Below are positions 37,488 to 51,300 of a stretch of DNA of 64,000 nt, piece by piece. The position numbers were made by a program, and so were the translations under genes. Under the pieces are notes generated by a model. That model did not search any database. It had not been told where the DNA came from and was given only the letters and a program-made list of their open reading frames with translations. Location: NCBI GenBank assembly GCA_029717555.1, contig JAMDHS010000025.1, forward strand, positions 186,001-250,000, read 5' to 3'. Origin of the DNA: Peribolospora baueri. Its lineage: Eukaryota. Within the stretch, counting starts at the first letter, position 1. Each line of letters opens with the position of its first letter.

Positions 37488-37901
37488 TCCATGCGTCGTG
37501 TTGGATCAGTGCTTCAGTATCTTCGAGTTCATAGACAAGTTCGGGCCCCGCTGTTCTTAGAAGCGTGCAATGTGCGACTTTTAGCGTGGATATTCGGTTC
37601 GAGAGCCTGGCTGTCACGGTGTGGGATCCAACCCTACTCTGGCCGCGTCGCGCACATTTACGCGCACATTTACGCGCTCGTCGGAGAAATGGACGGCCAC
37701 CTCGTCTCCTTCCCGTGGTGCACTTGGCTCTCCCTTCACCGTCGCCCTCGCCACCCCCCCTTTCTGCTTTGCTCCCCCCTCACGCTTGTCGGCGTTCTTT
37801 CTCTCTTTTTTCTACGTCACTTTTCCTTCTTTCTGTCTCCTGGTGTCTTTTCTTTTCTCCTGCTCTGCGAGCGCGCCAATTCGCGCCGCCACAGAGCGAA
37901 G

Positions 37902-40900
37902 ATGTCCTCGTCCACCTCCACCGCCTACGGCCCTCCTACAGCCGCATCCGGTATCACCACCCCAGCCCTCTCCATTGCTGCCTCCACCGCCGACGACGCT
38001 TCCATGGCCCCCACTCCCCCAGATGGGTCGCCACACAGGAATGGCGACGACCGCGACGTGAACAAGCAGGACGGCATGGACTCGGACGCGCCCGTCCGCG
38101 TCGAAGGCGAGTTGGCTCAGGCGGCCATGGAGGAAAGAGGCACCATCAACGATGAAAGCGAAGAGGTAAGCCTTATCTTGCTCCGTCTGTCTTTAGTCCG
38201 GTTTGCTTGCACTCACACTCTCTCCCTCTCCGTTTCCCTTTACCGTTCACGCATCCCAGGAACGAGAGGTTCGACTGCGCAAGCTCATGTACCTTTTGCA
38301 ACAATCTCAAGCATACAGCCGCATTATGGGAGAGAAGATCCAGCGCGAGAACGAGGAACGCGCAGCCAAGGCCGCCAGGATGGAGCGGGCGGCAAGGAGG
38401 GCTTTGGACGAGGAGGCGGGCGCTGACGCCAAGGAGCAGGTCAAGGCCGAGGGTAGGACTCTGAGACATCGGAATAGAAATGAAGAAGCGGGGGGGAATG
38501 GTAAGAGGCCGGAGAGAAGGACAGGAGAGACAAGGAAGCGAAAGGGAGAGGATTACGAGCTGGGAGAGCTGATCGGGCAGGAGGATCTAGATGGCGTCGC
38601 TACTCAAGCTCGATCTTCCTCGCCTTCCAAGCGGTCCAAGTCCGATGGCGGTGCCAAGTCGCAGGGCGAACAGGATGCTGCTGAGAGAGGAGCGACAGAC
38701 GGCGAGAGAGACGATGCTCAACCTAAGCAGCCCGCGCTGGTCACTGGCGCTACGTTGCGGGGCTATCAACTTGCGGGTGTGGAATGGCTCAAGGGGCTTT
38801 GGATGAACGGCCTCAACGGTATCCTTGCCGATGAGATGGGCCTCGGGTGCGTACATCGCGTGGTCCTCTCGCGTGCTTCTTAGGATCCTCGCCTTCATTC
38901 ACCGTGTCCCGTTTCTCTCGCCGCTTCGATCGAGCAGAAAGACATTGCAGACCATCGCTTTCTTGGCTCATATGCGAGAGAAGCGCGTCTGGGGCCCTTT
39001 TCTCGTTGTCGCACCTCTCTCCACCATCGCAAACTGGTGCAACGAGTTTGAACGGTGGGTGTCGTGTAGATTTGGTGTACCTGAGGCAAATTCTGCTAGC
39101 GGACTGATGGAGTCATTCTTCTTCCCTCACTCATTCAGCTTCACCCCCACTATCCCCGTCCTCCTCTATCATGGCTCTAAAGATGAGCGAGCAACTCTTA
39201 GAGACGAGCGAATGCAGCTCCCTCACGACTTGTCCAAGACACGTCCCGGCCCCCGCTCAAGCTTGAGCGGCAGCAACAAGCGCGCCAAGAAATCCCCTTC
39301 CCACTCTGACTTTCGGAAGCCCTCCTCTTCCTCCGATGTCCGCCAAATTGGCACGAACACCGTCGATACCTTCCCCGTCATCGTCACCAGCTACGAGGTG
39401 GTTATGAGAGATCGGGCATTCCTCGCAAAATACAATTGGAAGTTCGTCGTCGTCGATGAGGGTCACCGCTTGAAGAATATGGATTGCAAGTGAGCTCTTT
39501 TCCATTCGCAGCGATGGCATTTCGCGTTTCGGCGAGACTGCAGAGTTGAGAGGTGCGGAAGTACAGAGGTGCTGAAGTTGGACAGCACTCGTTCTGATCA
39601 GGCTTATTCGAGAGCTCAAGACTTACCCAAGCGCGAATCGACTCATCTTGACTGGTACTCCTCTACATGTGTGTTACCCGTCTCTCCCTTTGCTACTGCA
39701 AACTTCCTCTTACCCGAGACATCTTTATCTCTCTTTCAGAATAACCTCAAAGAGCTCTGGTCCCTCCTCAACTTCATCCTTCCCGACATCTTTGACGATC
39801 TCAGCAGTTTCGAGCGCTGGTTCGACTTCTCCGATCTCACTGACGAGTCCGGCCATCAAAAACTCCTCTCTGAGCGGACCAATACGCAGATCATTACTAT
39901 GCTCCACGAGTGAGTCGTGGATCGGTTACCATTGCTTGGCGTTCGTCGTTCATGGTCCCACACCATCGCTTCCATTCTTAACTTTATTCCGCTTCCAGCA
40001 TCTTGAAGCCATTTATGTTACGCAGGGTGAAGACGGACGTTGAGACCACTCTTCCGCCGAAGAAGGAGTATCTGCTCTACGCTCCACTTACAGCACAGCA
40101 GAAGGACTTGTACAACGCCGTGCTGGGTCATGACATCCGTCGATATTTAATTTCCAAGAAGAGCGGCGTCGCTAAAGACGACCTCAGCGACTCGGAGGGT
40201 ATTGTCATCGCGGCCTCGCCTCGTCCACGCGCGGAGGCGGTGAAAGGGAATGGTCGAGGACGTGGCCAGGACGATGCCGGTGGAGCCGTAGCCGGACATG
40301 GTGACGGCGAGCCGCTCTCGTCCATCAGTTTTCGAACACGCGGATCCAAGCGGACCTCCCCGCGCAAGAGCTACGCAGTGGACGTTGAGAGCGACAGAAA
40401 GTACTTCCGCCGGCTCGAGGAAGAAAAGGACGTTGTGGCCATTCCTCAACTCACATCTGAGGAGGTGGAGCGGCAAGGGAGGGAGTGGCAGCTTTCTCGG
40501 GCTCGTGAGTGCATATTAAACTGCTCGGCTTTGTGGTTTTGATGACTGACTTGAGCCTCATATTACGCTACCTCCGGCGACGCAGGAAAGTCGGTTTACA
40601 ACATGCATGTGAGCGCGGAGTGGCTATGTGGCCAGTACGTCCTCCAAAAAGCGCACACACAGGCTGACCCCCGTCTTGTGCTCTTCTTCCGATCCAATTG
40701 GTCTTTTTCAGCTCGAGAACGTGGTCATGCAACTTCGCAAGATCTGCTGCCACCCTTTTCTCTTCGATTGGCCCAACGACCCCGAGACCGGCGAGCTTGT
40801 GGTGAACGAGGATCTCATCAATGCTAGTGGCAAGATGCTCCTCCTTAATCGCCTCCTCGACGCCCTCTTTGCCGACGATCACAAGGTCCTCGTCTTCTCC

Positions 40901-41915
40901 CAGTTCACCACCGTTTTGGACGTCATCGAAGATTGGGCCACTGAGTATAAAGAGTGGTCTGTTTGCCGTGAGTGCGATAGCTGGCTTTTTATGGAAAAGA
41001 GATAATTTCCGTTTACGTCGCGCCCGCTCACGGTCCTTTTCTAATCGTCCCGCGACAGGCATTGATGGGACAACCAAGCAGAAAGATCGTCAAGCTCAGA
41101 TGAAATCATTCAACGAGGATAATGGCCCCGACGCCTGTCGACTTTTCCTCCTCTCCACCCGCGCTGGTGGCCTTGGTATCAATCTGACTGGTGCCGATAC
41201 GGTCATCTTCTTTGATTCTGATTGGGTGCGTCCGAAGTTCGAATCCGTGGCGGTTTCATTGCTCGGCAAAAGATCTAACTATCTCGTCTTCGCGCTCCTC
41301 TCGACTACTCGCAGAATCCCCAAATGGACCTTCAAGCCCAAGACCGCGCTCACCGGATCGGCCAGTCCAAGCCGGTGCTTATCTTCCGACTCGTCTCCGC
41401 CAATACGGTCGAACAGAAGATCCTCCAGCGGGCAGACAACAAGCGGAGGTTGGAAGCTCTTGTCATCCAGCAGAGCAAGTTCAAGCTCGCCCCTGGGGCC
41501 TCTACTGACGGCCTCCTCGGCGGCGGAAAACGATCCAAGCAAGAGTCATTGGAGGAGATGGCGCAGAACCTGTTGCGTCTAGAGGGCGAGAAGGTGCAGC
41601 TCGCCACCAAGGATAGCGAGATCATCTCCGATGAAAACCTTGCCAAGCTTTTGGACCGCAGGTGAGTCCGGCAGAGCCTGCTGTCTGACCGTGTTCGACG
41701 CTCGCAGCAATCTCTGACACCTTATGCTCGCGACCGTCAATTCGTCTCTGTCCAGCCCCGAAGCCTTTGCTCGTCGCACAGGATGGATGTCTTCCGTGGA
41801 GGGCAAGGAGGACGCCGCCGCAAGCGCTCAGCCCGCTTTCGAGGTCACCGAGATTCGGCCCGACGAGACCAACGATGCCCTCGCTGGGATGATGAACGGT
41901 CGCAAGGATGTATGA
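37902..41915 (+). CDS. SNF2-family chromatin remodeller, LSH/HELLS/DDM1/Irc5 subfamily (multi-exon, 23-nt exon 40586-40608)
   Basis: [96 protein letters not shown]. Confidence 0.9.
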
Positions 41916-42389
41916 ATGGGGTCGAACTTGGAAGGCGGGTCCTAGGTGGAAGTTTGATAACAAGGTTATGTCCTCGTTTATCTCCTCGTTACATGTCTTG
42001 TCTCTTCTGTACTCTGTTCCTTTGTATACGGTCCTTTGTATACCGCTACATCAGTGACAACTTGGATTCATATCATTGCGCAATGCTGGCGAAACGGCAA
42101 TAGAAGGAATCCAACAGTGCGAAGTCATTATCCATCGCACAGCTTCCAGCCCCTACCATTCCCAAAATCCATGCCATCGACACCGAAGTACGAGGGCCTG
42201 CCACGACCTTCACTGCCAATGTGGCGGGTGGCCTGAGGTATTATTTACTAACTAAGGCATATTCCAAGTTGAGATCATGGTCATGATCATGTGGCTCATT
42301 GGGGAAGGAAACTGAGTATATAGTACAATAACACGGCAAGGAGGGGTTGCAAAGACGAACGCAAAAGTTCAAGACGCTCCATCGGCGGC

Positions 42390-45300
42390 TCACTGATCCT
42401 CCGCGACCTTGGCTGCCCACTGGCGTAGCGTCGCGCTCAGCACGTCCGGCAGCGCCTCAATCTGACTAACGACAACATAGTACTCGAACGGGAACGTGTC
42501 GAGGTAGCGGTCCATCTGCAGCTCCATGCGGCCGTCGATGGGGTTGGTGCGGTAGGAGACGGACGACATGGACAGGATCGAGTTGCGGGGAGGCTTTGTA
42601 GTCGCAGGCGCAGTGACTGCAGCAGACGATGAAGGCTTAGAGCCGTCGGCGAGAGCGTCAACAATGACAAAGACGATCATAACACGCTGCTCGGCCGCTC
42701 GTCGAAGGAGGGCTCGCAGCTTGTCGTGTTCCTGGCAGACGCCGTCGGAGATGATCACTTCAAGCTGCCACAAGTCGCTGGCCTTGCTGCCGGATGCCGA
42801 GCCGGCGCGCTTCTCGCGCGCGCGCTGGAGATGTTCCAGTGAGGACTCGACGAGATGAAGGACGTTGGTGCCACGTTGGTCGAACCTGAGCTGTTCAATA
42901 ATACGAGCGCCGGCGTCATCGGTCAGAGGGCCGGCGTCGAAATCGTGAAGCACGTCTACGGTCTCGCCAAACCGGCAGATGGATACGTCGCCGACTTCCA
43001 GTCGATTAAGTGCCTTGCTAACGAGTGCAAGAGTCTGGTAGGCCAGATGGATGCTGTGGCTCTCAGCCATCGACTTGGAATCGTCCATGGCGACGAGCAC
43101 CTGGTATTCGCGCTGGCTGGGACGCGTCCGACGGAGCCAGATCTTGTCCTTCGTGAAATCACTTGCGATAAACGGGATAATCTTCTTCATGTTCAGACGT
43201 TTGCCAGTACGATAGTCACCCTTGAGCCTCGTCGCTAGTGTAGGTTCCAGGATCAGGCGCAGCTGCTCGCAGAGCCTAAAGGCCAGGTCATGCGTCAGCG
43301 CGTCATACTGCCGCCAGAGCTCGTCCGCAGACGCAGCTCGACCGTCGATGTCAGTGAGTTTCCACTCTTTGAGCTGTTGTTCGAGTTGCTCTTCCTTCAA
43401 GCGGTGCTCAGCCTCCTGCATCGGAGCTCCATCCTCGATGACCATGTTCTCCAAGGACGCTTGACCTTCGGCATCATCAGCAGCTCCCAGTGCCTGCATA
43501 TCCTCGTCGTTCTCTTCTGAAACGTGCTGTAAAGCAGGCGGCTCCGCGACATCGAGAGGTGAACGATCGATTGGACGCTCCGCCTCATCTGCGTCATCCG
43601 CCTCAGCAATCGAGTCGACGTCGCGGCGGAAGTCTTTCAGCGCATCCCCCAGGCTGCGCAGAGGGTTCCGTTGCTGGCCAGCATCGTCTCCGGCCGCAGC
43701 TGGGTTCGGCTCGGGCGCAGCCTCCGAGTCGTCTCCGCCGGACGGTTGGGGAGGTCGCGAGGCAGCTGGTTGCGACAGATCAGCAGAGCCCATCTCTTGA
43801 CTTGCATCCTGGGGTCCGTTGGCGGCTTGAGTGGGACGACCGTGCGAGTCAATGGCAGAACGGTCGTTCTCGGCGGAGCTTTCCTCCGGCGCATCCCGAG
43901 GAGCTTGATCCTCAACGTCCTCCTCCATGGGCGCATCCTCGGCGGCCTGCCCGTTCAGCTGCTGAACACCGTCGTTCATGCCTACATCTGCGGGCCCGAG
44001 GTCCTTGCCGCCAGCATCCATGTCCTTGTCCCCGTCTTCATCAGCGGGTTCGTCCTGATCGTCACCCGTCTCTTCTGCAAGTCCGGACGGAGACGCCGGC
44101 GTCCCTTCTTCAGGTACGGGTTCAGCGTCTTGTGGCTGCACCTCAGAATCCTCCGCTCCCTTGGCCGAATCGTTTTCGCCGTCGATGTCCGATTCGGGCC
44201 CTTCCGCCTCGTCTCCCTGCTCCTCTTCCTCCTCCCCGAGATCCATTTGGTCAGGCAAATCTAGCGTCTCCGCGTCGGGAATCTGAGAATCGAGACGGGA
44301 GCCCTCCGCATCCGTCTGACCTTGGTCGTCCTCATCTTGGTTGGCATCATCTTGAGGAGCATCCTCCCCTTGTTCCTCCTCAGCGTTGGGTCCGTCGTGT
44401 TGCTTGGCCTCAGCGTCCTCAGCATCTGCTGATCGCTCTTGCTCCTCGGGAGGAGCCGGAGACGAGCGATCCTTCTGCGGAGGAGTCTGGGTGTCGTCTT
44501 CCTTAGCAACCATGTCGGATTTGTCCTGCTTGTTGCTTGACCGGTCCTGATCAATTTGGTCGTCCTTGTCCTCGGACCCAGACTTAGTCTCATCACCCCA
44601 GAGCTTCTCGTCTACGGCATTCGGATCGAGGGGGTCGACATTGTCCATGCGCTCCTCCGGGTCCTCTTCTTGCTCATCCTCCTCGTCACCTGATTGGTCC
44701 ATCGTATCCTCAGCCTGAGCATCAAAGTCGTTGGACATCTCGACGGCGTTCTTGTTGGCCTCGGTCTCGCCCTTTGTCTCCTCCTGTTCCTGCTCGCCTC
44801 GAACGCCCTCCATTTGAGATTCGTCCTCGATTTGATTGGAAACGTCCTCCATCCCTTCACCCTCTCCGACGCCCGTGCCGTCCTCCAACGCCTCAGCAGG
44901 CCCGCTGTCGTCTCCGTGGCCGCTTCCATCGTCTGCGTCCGGTGGCTTGCAAAAGCCCTGCTCCGTCAGCCTCGTCACCATTGAGCAGAGGACGTAGATG
45001 AGCTTGAGAAGGCACTTGTACCAATGTGCTGATGCTGTTACGTGAGCTTGGGCGACCGCGACATAGGCGCTGAGGAAGGGCGACAGCCGGCGGAGTCCGA
45101 GGCTTACGCTGCCAATGTCTGTTGACGTTGTTAGAGCGGCCAGATCTTCGAGTTCGTTGATAATCTGGTCAGGTTGAAGTGCCCCTTGAATCTTGCGAAG
45201 TCGCATCCGGTCTGCGATTGCAATGGCTTGTTCGTCTTCATCCGTCTCACCTACCGCCAGAGCCTTCTGTGAGCTGACGAGGATGACATTGATGGTGCGG

Positions 45301-48300
45301 TCCACCTGGCGGCTCAGCCCATCTTCATTACCGGAAACAGTGCCCTGAGATCCGGATGCCAGAGCTTGGATATCATGGGCGGTAACAAGACAATCACTGA
45401 ACCACTCCGCTATTGGCACGAAGAGATGGCTCAAAGGGGGCGCCTCGACCGCCCATTTTTGAGAAATGGAAGCAGTCTTGATGACAAGATCCGCCGCGCG
45501 CAGTAGCTGCTGGCTCTCCGAGCTCGTTAACTTGGCGAAGATCGAAACTGCACATTGGATGTCCTTCATCCACCGGGCACACTCAACTGCCTGTGACCGC
45601 AGATCAGCCACTGTGCGCGTGAGGCCTTCCACCTCAGGCAAGGGTATGGGCAGCATACTCGCGTAAAGTGCTGTCTCAGTAGAGACCTCGGCGAGGGCGT
45701 CGACCAGTTGGTGCAATATGGTCTCCAAGGAGGAGATTTTCTCTTGAGAGCCTTCGACAGACAGCAATGACCCTGCTGACGCCAGAACTTGCATCCTCCG
45801 CTCCATCGCTTGAAGTTTGCCCACGTGCCAGAGAAGGTTTGCAATGCGAGCTCGCTCCCCGAAGGCCATGGACATGGCTGACTCCACTGAGTTAGCATCT
45901 TTGCGCAGTTCGGACAGCGGCAGATCTGGATGAGGGCTCAGAAGAGCATGGCGCATCTTGGGCAGAGAGGCGAGCAAACGGAAATGGTACTCGTTCGCCC
46001 TTTGAAGAAAGACAGCGGCGGAAGAACCGGTACTGGGCGTGTTGTCCGGGTAAGGCTGACCGTAGACGAAGGCGGAATCAGTGTGCTGCGACATGACCTT
46101 GGCCTTTACCGATGAGGTGAAGCCCATCTCCTTCTGGACAACGGCACGGAATCTCTGCCAAGCGGCCGTCTTCCGCCTTGTCAGCTCCTTGATGCGCTTG
46201 GCGTTGTCTTCGTTGGCCACCGCTGGGGTTTGTGTGGCCAAGTCCCGTGCCGTGGCCACAACCTCCTCCACCAGATCGTCCATTCGTTCGGCCTGATGCG
46301 CCAGGACACTGGGCACGATCTTGTCCCTGACCAGGACCGAGAGGACTGCATACGTCCGAGCCAGGTCGGACAAATGCTTTGGGCCCTCGTTCGGGCCCTC
46401 AGCTTGCGACTGTGCCGTGGTCTCGAAATAGCGAGGATCCAGATCTTGAAGATACACTCCCGTGCCAGTGATCTGAGTCGGCTCTGGGAAGGGTCGTGGC
46501 TCGCCATCGCTAGCCATGGAGGCCATGATAGGATCTGTCGGCTGCCGTAGAATGTCGCGGAGCTTCCGGATACTCTTGTACAACTGACGATGTGACTTCT
46601 GAGCGCTAGCCTTAAGAGCGTGAACATTGATGTCCTTCCACGAGGCAAGCTGAACAACCTCACGGACTTCCTTCTCCACGCTCTCCCGCTGCTCTCGGAT
46701 GATCATGTCGACTCTTCCGACATGCTGAGAATAGAACGCCTGGACGTTCATACAAACGGTAGCAGCCTCTTTGAGACCAGCCACGTCTGCACCGGTGGCG
46801 TTGCAAATCAGTTGAGAGATGTGAACCGAGAAAGACCGTAAAAGATCGACGCGTGCCTTAAACTGGCCGAGAGGACTTGACCGAACGAACTGATCCAAGA
46901 CGGAGACGAGGCTGCGGACGTGACTAGCGAGAGCGCCGTTGTTGTCATCGGTGGACTGGGCAGCAGCACGAGTTCCCTGGACGACCGCTTCGTATAGTCT
47001 GAACCACCATTCAGCGACATCTTCCGCAACGGCGCGCGATTCGGCACTGAGCAACTGGGGCCACGATGCAAGCTCGAGCCGGCGCCATCCCACGATCAAG
47101 TCAGAGATCTGCTGCCGGTGAAGCGCAAGTGTCGTCTCTGAGCTGGCATAGCCTTCCCAATCCTCCGAGTGCAGGAGTAACTGCTCCAAGGCAGAAAGGA
47201 GCCGGGGGAGCGGACTATGTAATTTGATGTTCAAGATGGCGTCGACACGCTCTCTGAGATGGTGTAAGATCATCTGCTCCGGCCACTCGCTGATCAATGC
47301 TGCCAGTCGCGCATGCAGGCCGTTGAGGATCGCTAGTGCTTTACGTGCCTCTTGAATATTCGGCTGCCGGTAGAAATCGTACTCTGAAGGGACCGTTTGG
47401 AAGTTGTTCAATTGATCGCCGAGAAGAGCAAATTGGAAGGCCGCACTATCGAAGTCGAGGCCTGCAGGCGAATGCTCGTAGATACCGGTAATGACGCCTT
47501 TGAGAGTGTGGCGTCGAGCGTTCCGGAACGCATCGCGAGCTGAGAAAGTCTGGCCTTCTGACCCGAATAGACGATCGTACGTTCGGTACGTCTGAAGGAT
47601 GTCGTCCCGCTGCAAGTGACCGCGCTGAGACGCTGGCGTACGTTCCGACCCGCTGGAACGAAGGTTGTCACCTCCCATCACGTCATCGTACTCAGGGAAC
47701 ATGCGCCTAAACTCGGCTTCCGCCTCCGCTTCTTCGTCGAGATTGGTCTCCTCATGGCGAACCTTGTAGAGGCTTTGCGCTTCGACCCGCGCCCGTTCCT
47801 CACGCTCGCGATCAAGCATCCAAAGGTTGAACAGCTGGTCAAAGGCGACACTGATATGTCGCAAGCTTGCTTGGGGAGCAATGCCAAGGTCGGCACCATA
47901 CGCGGAAGCATAGAGTGAAAGAAGCAAGAGACTGGCTGGAGGTAAGGCCGAGGCAAGCCGATTGACCTTGGAGACGTCGAGACAAGCCAGGCGATCAGCG
48001 GCGCGACTCGTAGGGAAGCAAGTGAGATGTTCCACGAGGACAATGCAAGAGGCGGCCTTCGGCGAGACATGTTTTTGGAGAGCTCCTTGCCAGGCAAAGC
48101 GAAGCCCGAGCCGACATAGACCTAGGGTAAGGACGAACGGCTTGAGGATGTCGCTAAACCTCTCCCCGTACACCTTGTCCAATCGGCGAAGGAAGTTGGA
48201 CGTTGAGGTCTGTAGTCCGGCTTCTCGTTGTGGCGCTTGCTGATCGCCGTGGCTCAAAGCCGCCTGAAGGTCAAGCAACTGGCGCTCTTGATAGAACTGC

Positions 48301-51300
48301 TCCATGAAGGAGTGGATCTCTTGATACATGGCAACGAGGGCCGACAAATCACTGGAGCGGCTGGTTGGTATGGACTTGAGTTGCTGCATCTCTGCTCGAA
48401 CGGCGTTGATCTCGCCGTCGAGCAGACGGACCTTCAAGTTCGAGGTCGAACCAGTAATGTTTCGTTCTGCAGCCACCCTGATCTGCCGCTCTGTTGTTAG
48501 CATAGAAAGTTGACGTTGCAGGAAATCCCTCCGACCATGGTGCGCGACCGCAGGATCAAGGGGTACGTTCGGCAGATAGAGCCGCAGCATGAGTAAAGCG
48601 ACCTTAGAGAACGCGTTACCGAGCTGGAACAGATCCACGGTTTGCGATTGAGAAGGCGTAATCGCCTCACGCAAAGCTTCCAAAATCAGCTCTGCCTTGT
48701 AGCAATCCGTTGGCGACAGAGCGGCAAGTTCCTCGTCCTGTAGCACGAGGCTCTTGCCGTCGACCACATCGCCCATTGTAGATCGTTTGATCGCGTCGTG
48801 GCTTAGCTGGAGCAACCGAGATGGAAGGACAGCGTCCATGCTTGCAAGGAACTAATCCAATCAGTTGGGAAAGTGTTGATTAGTTTCTCGTCTCCTGTCA
48901 TAACTAAACTTGATAGAACGTGCAAGACTCACGACCTCGACGCTGCTCAAGAGGAGGCGGAGGAAACCCTTTTCGAAAGACCACTTTCCTGTGAAAGAGA
49001 CGAGCGTTCGGATGGTGGCGAGGCGTTTCACGGACCCATGGTGATCGGCGAGCGTCCGCAAAGACGTGTTCGACAAGTCGCCACTAATCCCAATGAAAAC
49101 GCACTATGAGCAATAGCAATTTGGAATGAGCCGTGGCAGATTCGCTCACCATTCGGTCGCGAGCACCCTCAAAGCAGCCGGACGCAGGAGACATTCAGGA
49201 CCGACGGCAAAGTCGAAAACCTACGAAAGGAAGGCAGTCAGCATAAGATCCAGCCATTGTCACAGGGACTGACACTTACAGGACCATCCATCCAACGCCA
49301 TATCCGCTCCATCCAGCTAAGAATTGCTCCGATGTGCGAGCTGCGATTTGGCAATACTATCAGAGTCGAGAGAACAAACACTATGATTAGGCCCTTTCAC
49401 ATACTTCTTTGTACTCCTTGCCTGCTGACCACACTTACATTCACCGACTTCGAGCCTCCATAGGTCCTGTTTGAGCACCACGGCCGCATCGAGCGGGTAA
49501 CACGGACTGGCCATCACAGCATTCAGGAGAGCCTGTCTTTGCTCAAAAGTCTTTTGAACACGGGAACACGGAAAGTCAGAACGAAGAGCAACCAAGAACA
49601 TCATAAAATGAACAACACACCTCGCGCCTAGATGTGACTAGCGCCATTAGCTCTCCCTCTAGGAGTAGCACGCTCTCCAAATCTTCTCCGAGCGTGCGTG
49701 GGCGACTGTCCTTCGGAGGCGAATTTGAAATATTAAGAACAGCCTGTAGAAGTAGAGCCTGGTAAGCGGCGGGCCGTATCAAGCATGACACCTGACTGCC
49801 CTTACCTTCTCTGTACGCTCAGCAATCTCGAGAAGCTCGCGACGTTGCACAGGAGACCAGTCTGGGGTGCTCAGCATCAGCGTCGAGCACGTGTCGACGA
49901 GAGTCTTGAGCAAGTCTGCAGACGCGTCATTGGTAAGCGCTTTGCCCGCCCAGTATAGCAAAATTCCTTCGATAGTCTCACCAGGAGATAAGTCTTGGCG
50001 ACTAGCTGAGGCGGTGAGACGGGTCAGCCGCGCCGCCATGGCCAGAGTACTCGTGTCATCGTGCGACGGGAGGAACGTCGACCAGATCTCCTGCATCGCA
50101 TGACCAGTCGACAAAGCCACACGACCCTTCAAGGCTATGGCCTGCGCATGCAAGCCGTCCAAAGCCTGTTTCCAACCCATTTCGTCAGAATTGACAGCAT
50201 TGATTGCTTCCAAGATCCAGGAGAGCACGACTTGAACGAGGGAGAAGTTGAACTGGGCAAAGGTGCTGGCTTCCTCAAGGAACGAAGCGTAGCGGAGCAG
50301 CTGAGATAGACTGTGTAACCCGGTCTGTGGGAGGAGAGGGGCAAGAAGTTATGAGCCTAGACGAAATGGCGAAATGGGTGAGATCTCCCAATGTAGTAGC
50401 CTTACCAGACCAGCGTGGGCGTTGACGGTGGAGTTACAGATCATAACGACGGCCTCCCTTATAGAAATAATCAATGGCGCTACCTTTTCGACGCCGGAAG
50501 TCGCACTGTCACTCGGTAGCCTGCCCGAGTTGATGAGGAGGGACCGTTCCAGGGTCGACAGAGTCGGCAAGGGCTTCGACGCTGCCACAGCAATTGCAGC
50601 CCGCAGGGCCGACTGAGACTGTACAGCCTCGACGACCAGTTGAAGGCTTTGGACGAGTCCCAGCTGACCAGGGGTAACTTCCTCGTCGAAAACTTCGGAT
50701 GAGCCAGAACTGCGCTCGACAGTGTAGGGGTTGACGAAGGGATCGCAAGGCTTCGTCGTCGAGCGAAAAGGCAATCCCGCGATTAGGGTCACGACAAGGC
50801 ATAGGAGACATGTTCATGAGTCAAGCTCACCTGAAGGGAGAAGAAGCTAGGTTCAACTTTACGACAAGCGCTGACGAGCGCCATGGACTTGTCAAGCCTC
50901 TCAACGACACCTTGGGTAGGGAGAAGCTTGACAACCGCGCTCGTTTGTGAACCCTGTGGCCCAGAAATCGCATTCCCGAGGTAGATGAGCAAGCGACAGG
51001 CAGCGGAACGCGCCTTCAATGGCATCGACTGCACAAAATGCAGAAGAGCGGCGCGGCCACGATTTTCCATGCCAAGTTCGTCATGCTCGCAACATGGAGC
51101 GCCAAGAAGAGGGGATGCGCTCTGCAACAGCCACAGGAGAGCTGAATCGTCCGTGAGAGAAGACCAGGCCGCAGAAGCGATAACTTCACGACTGGCGAAT
51201 TTCATGGAAAGCGGGCCCGCTCCGCGTCGTGATAGCTGGCCGGTCAGAGAGCGACTGCTGAGGGCTGATCCCCTTGCTAGCCACGACAGGCGGCCTGTGT

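Noticed and set aside
37902..41915. Functional link between the LSH/DDM1-like helicase and the hairpin locus
   Set aside because: They are 20 kb apart with unrelated genes between, and nothing in the sequence links them.
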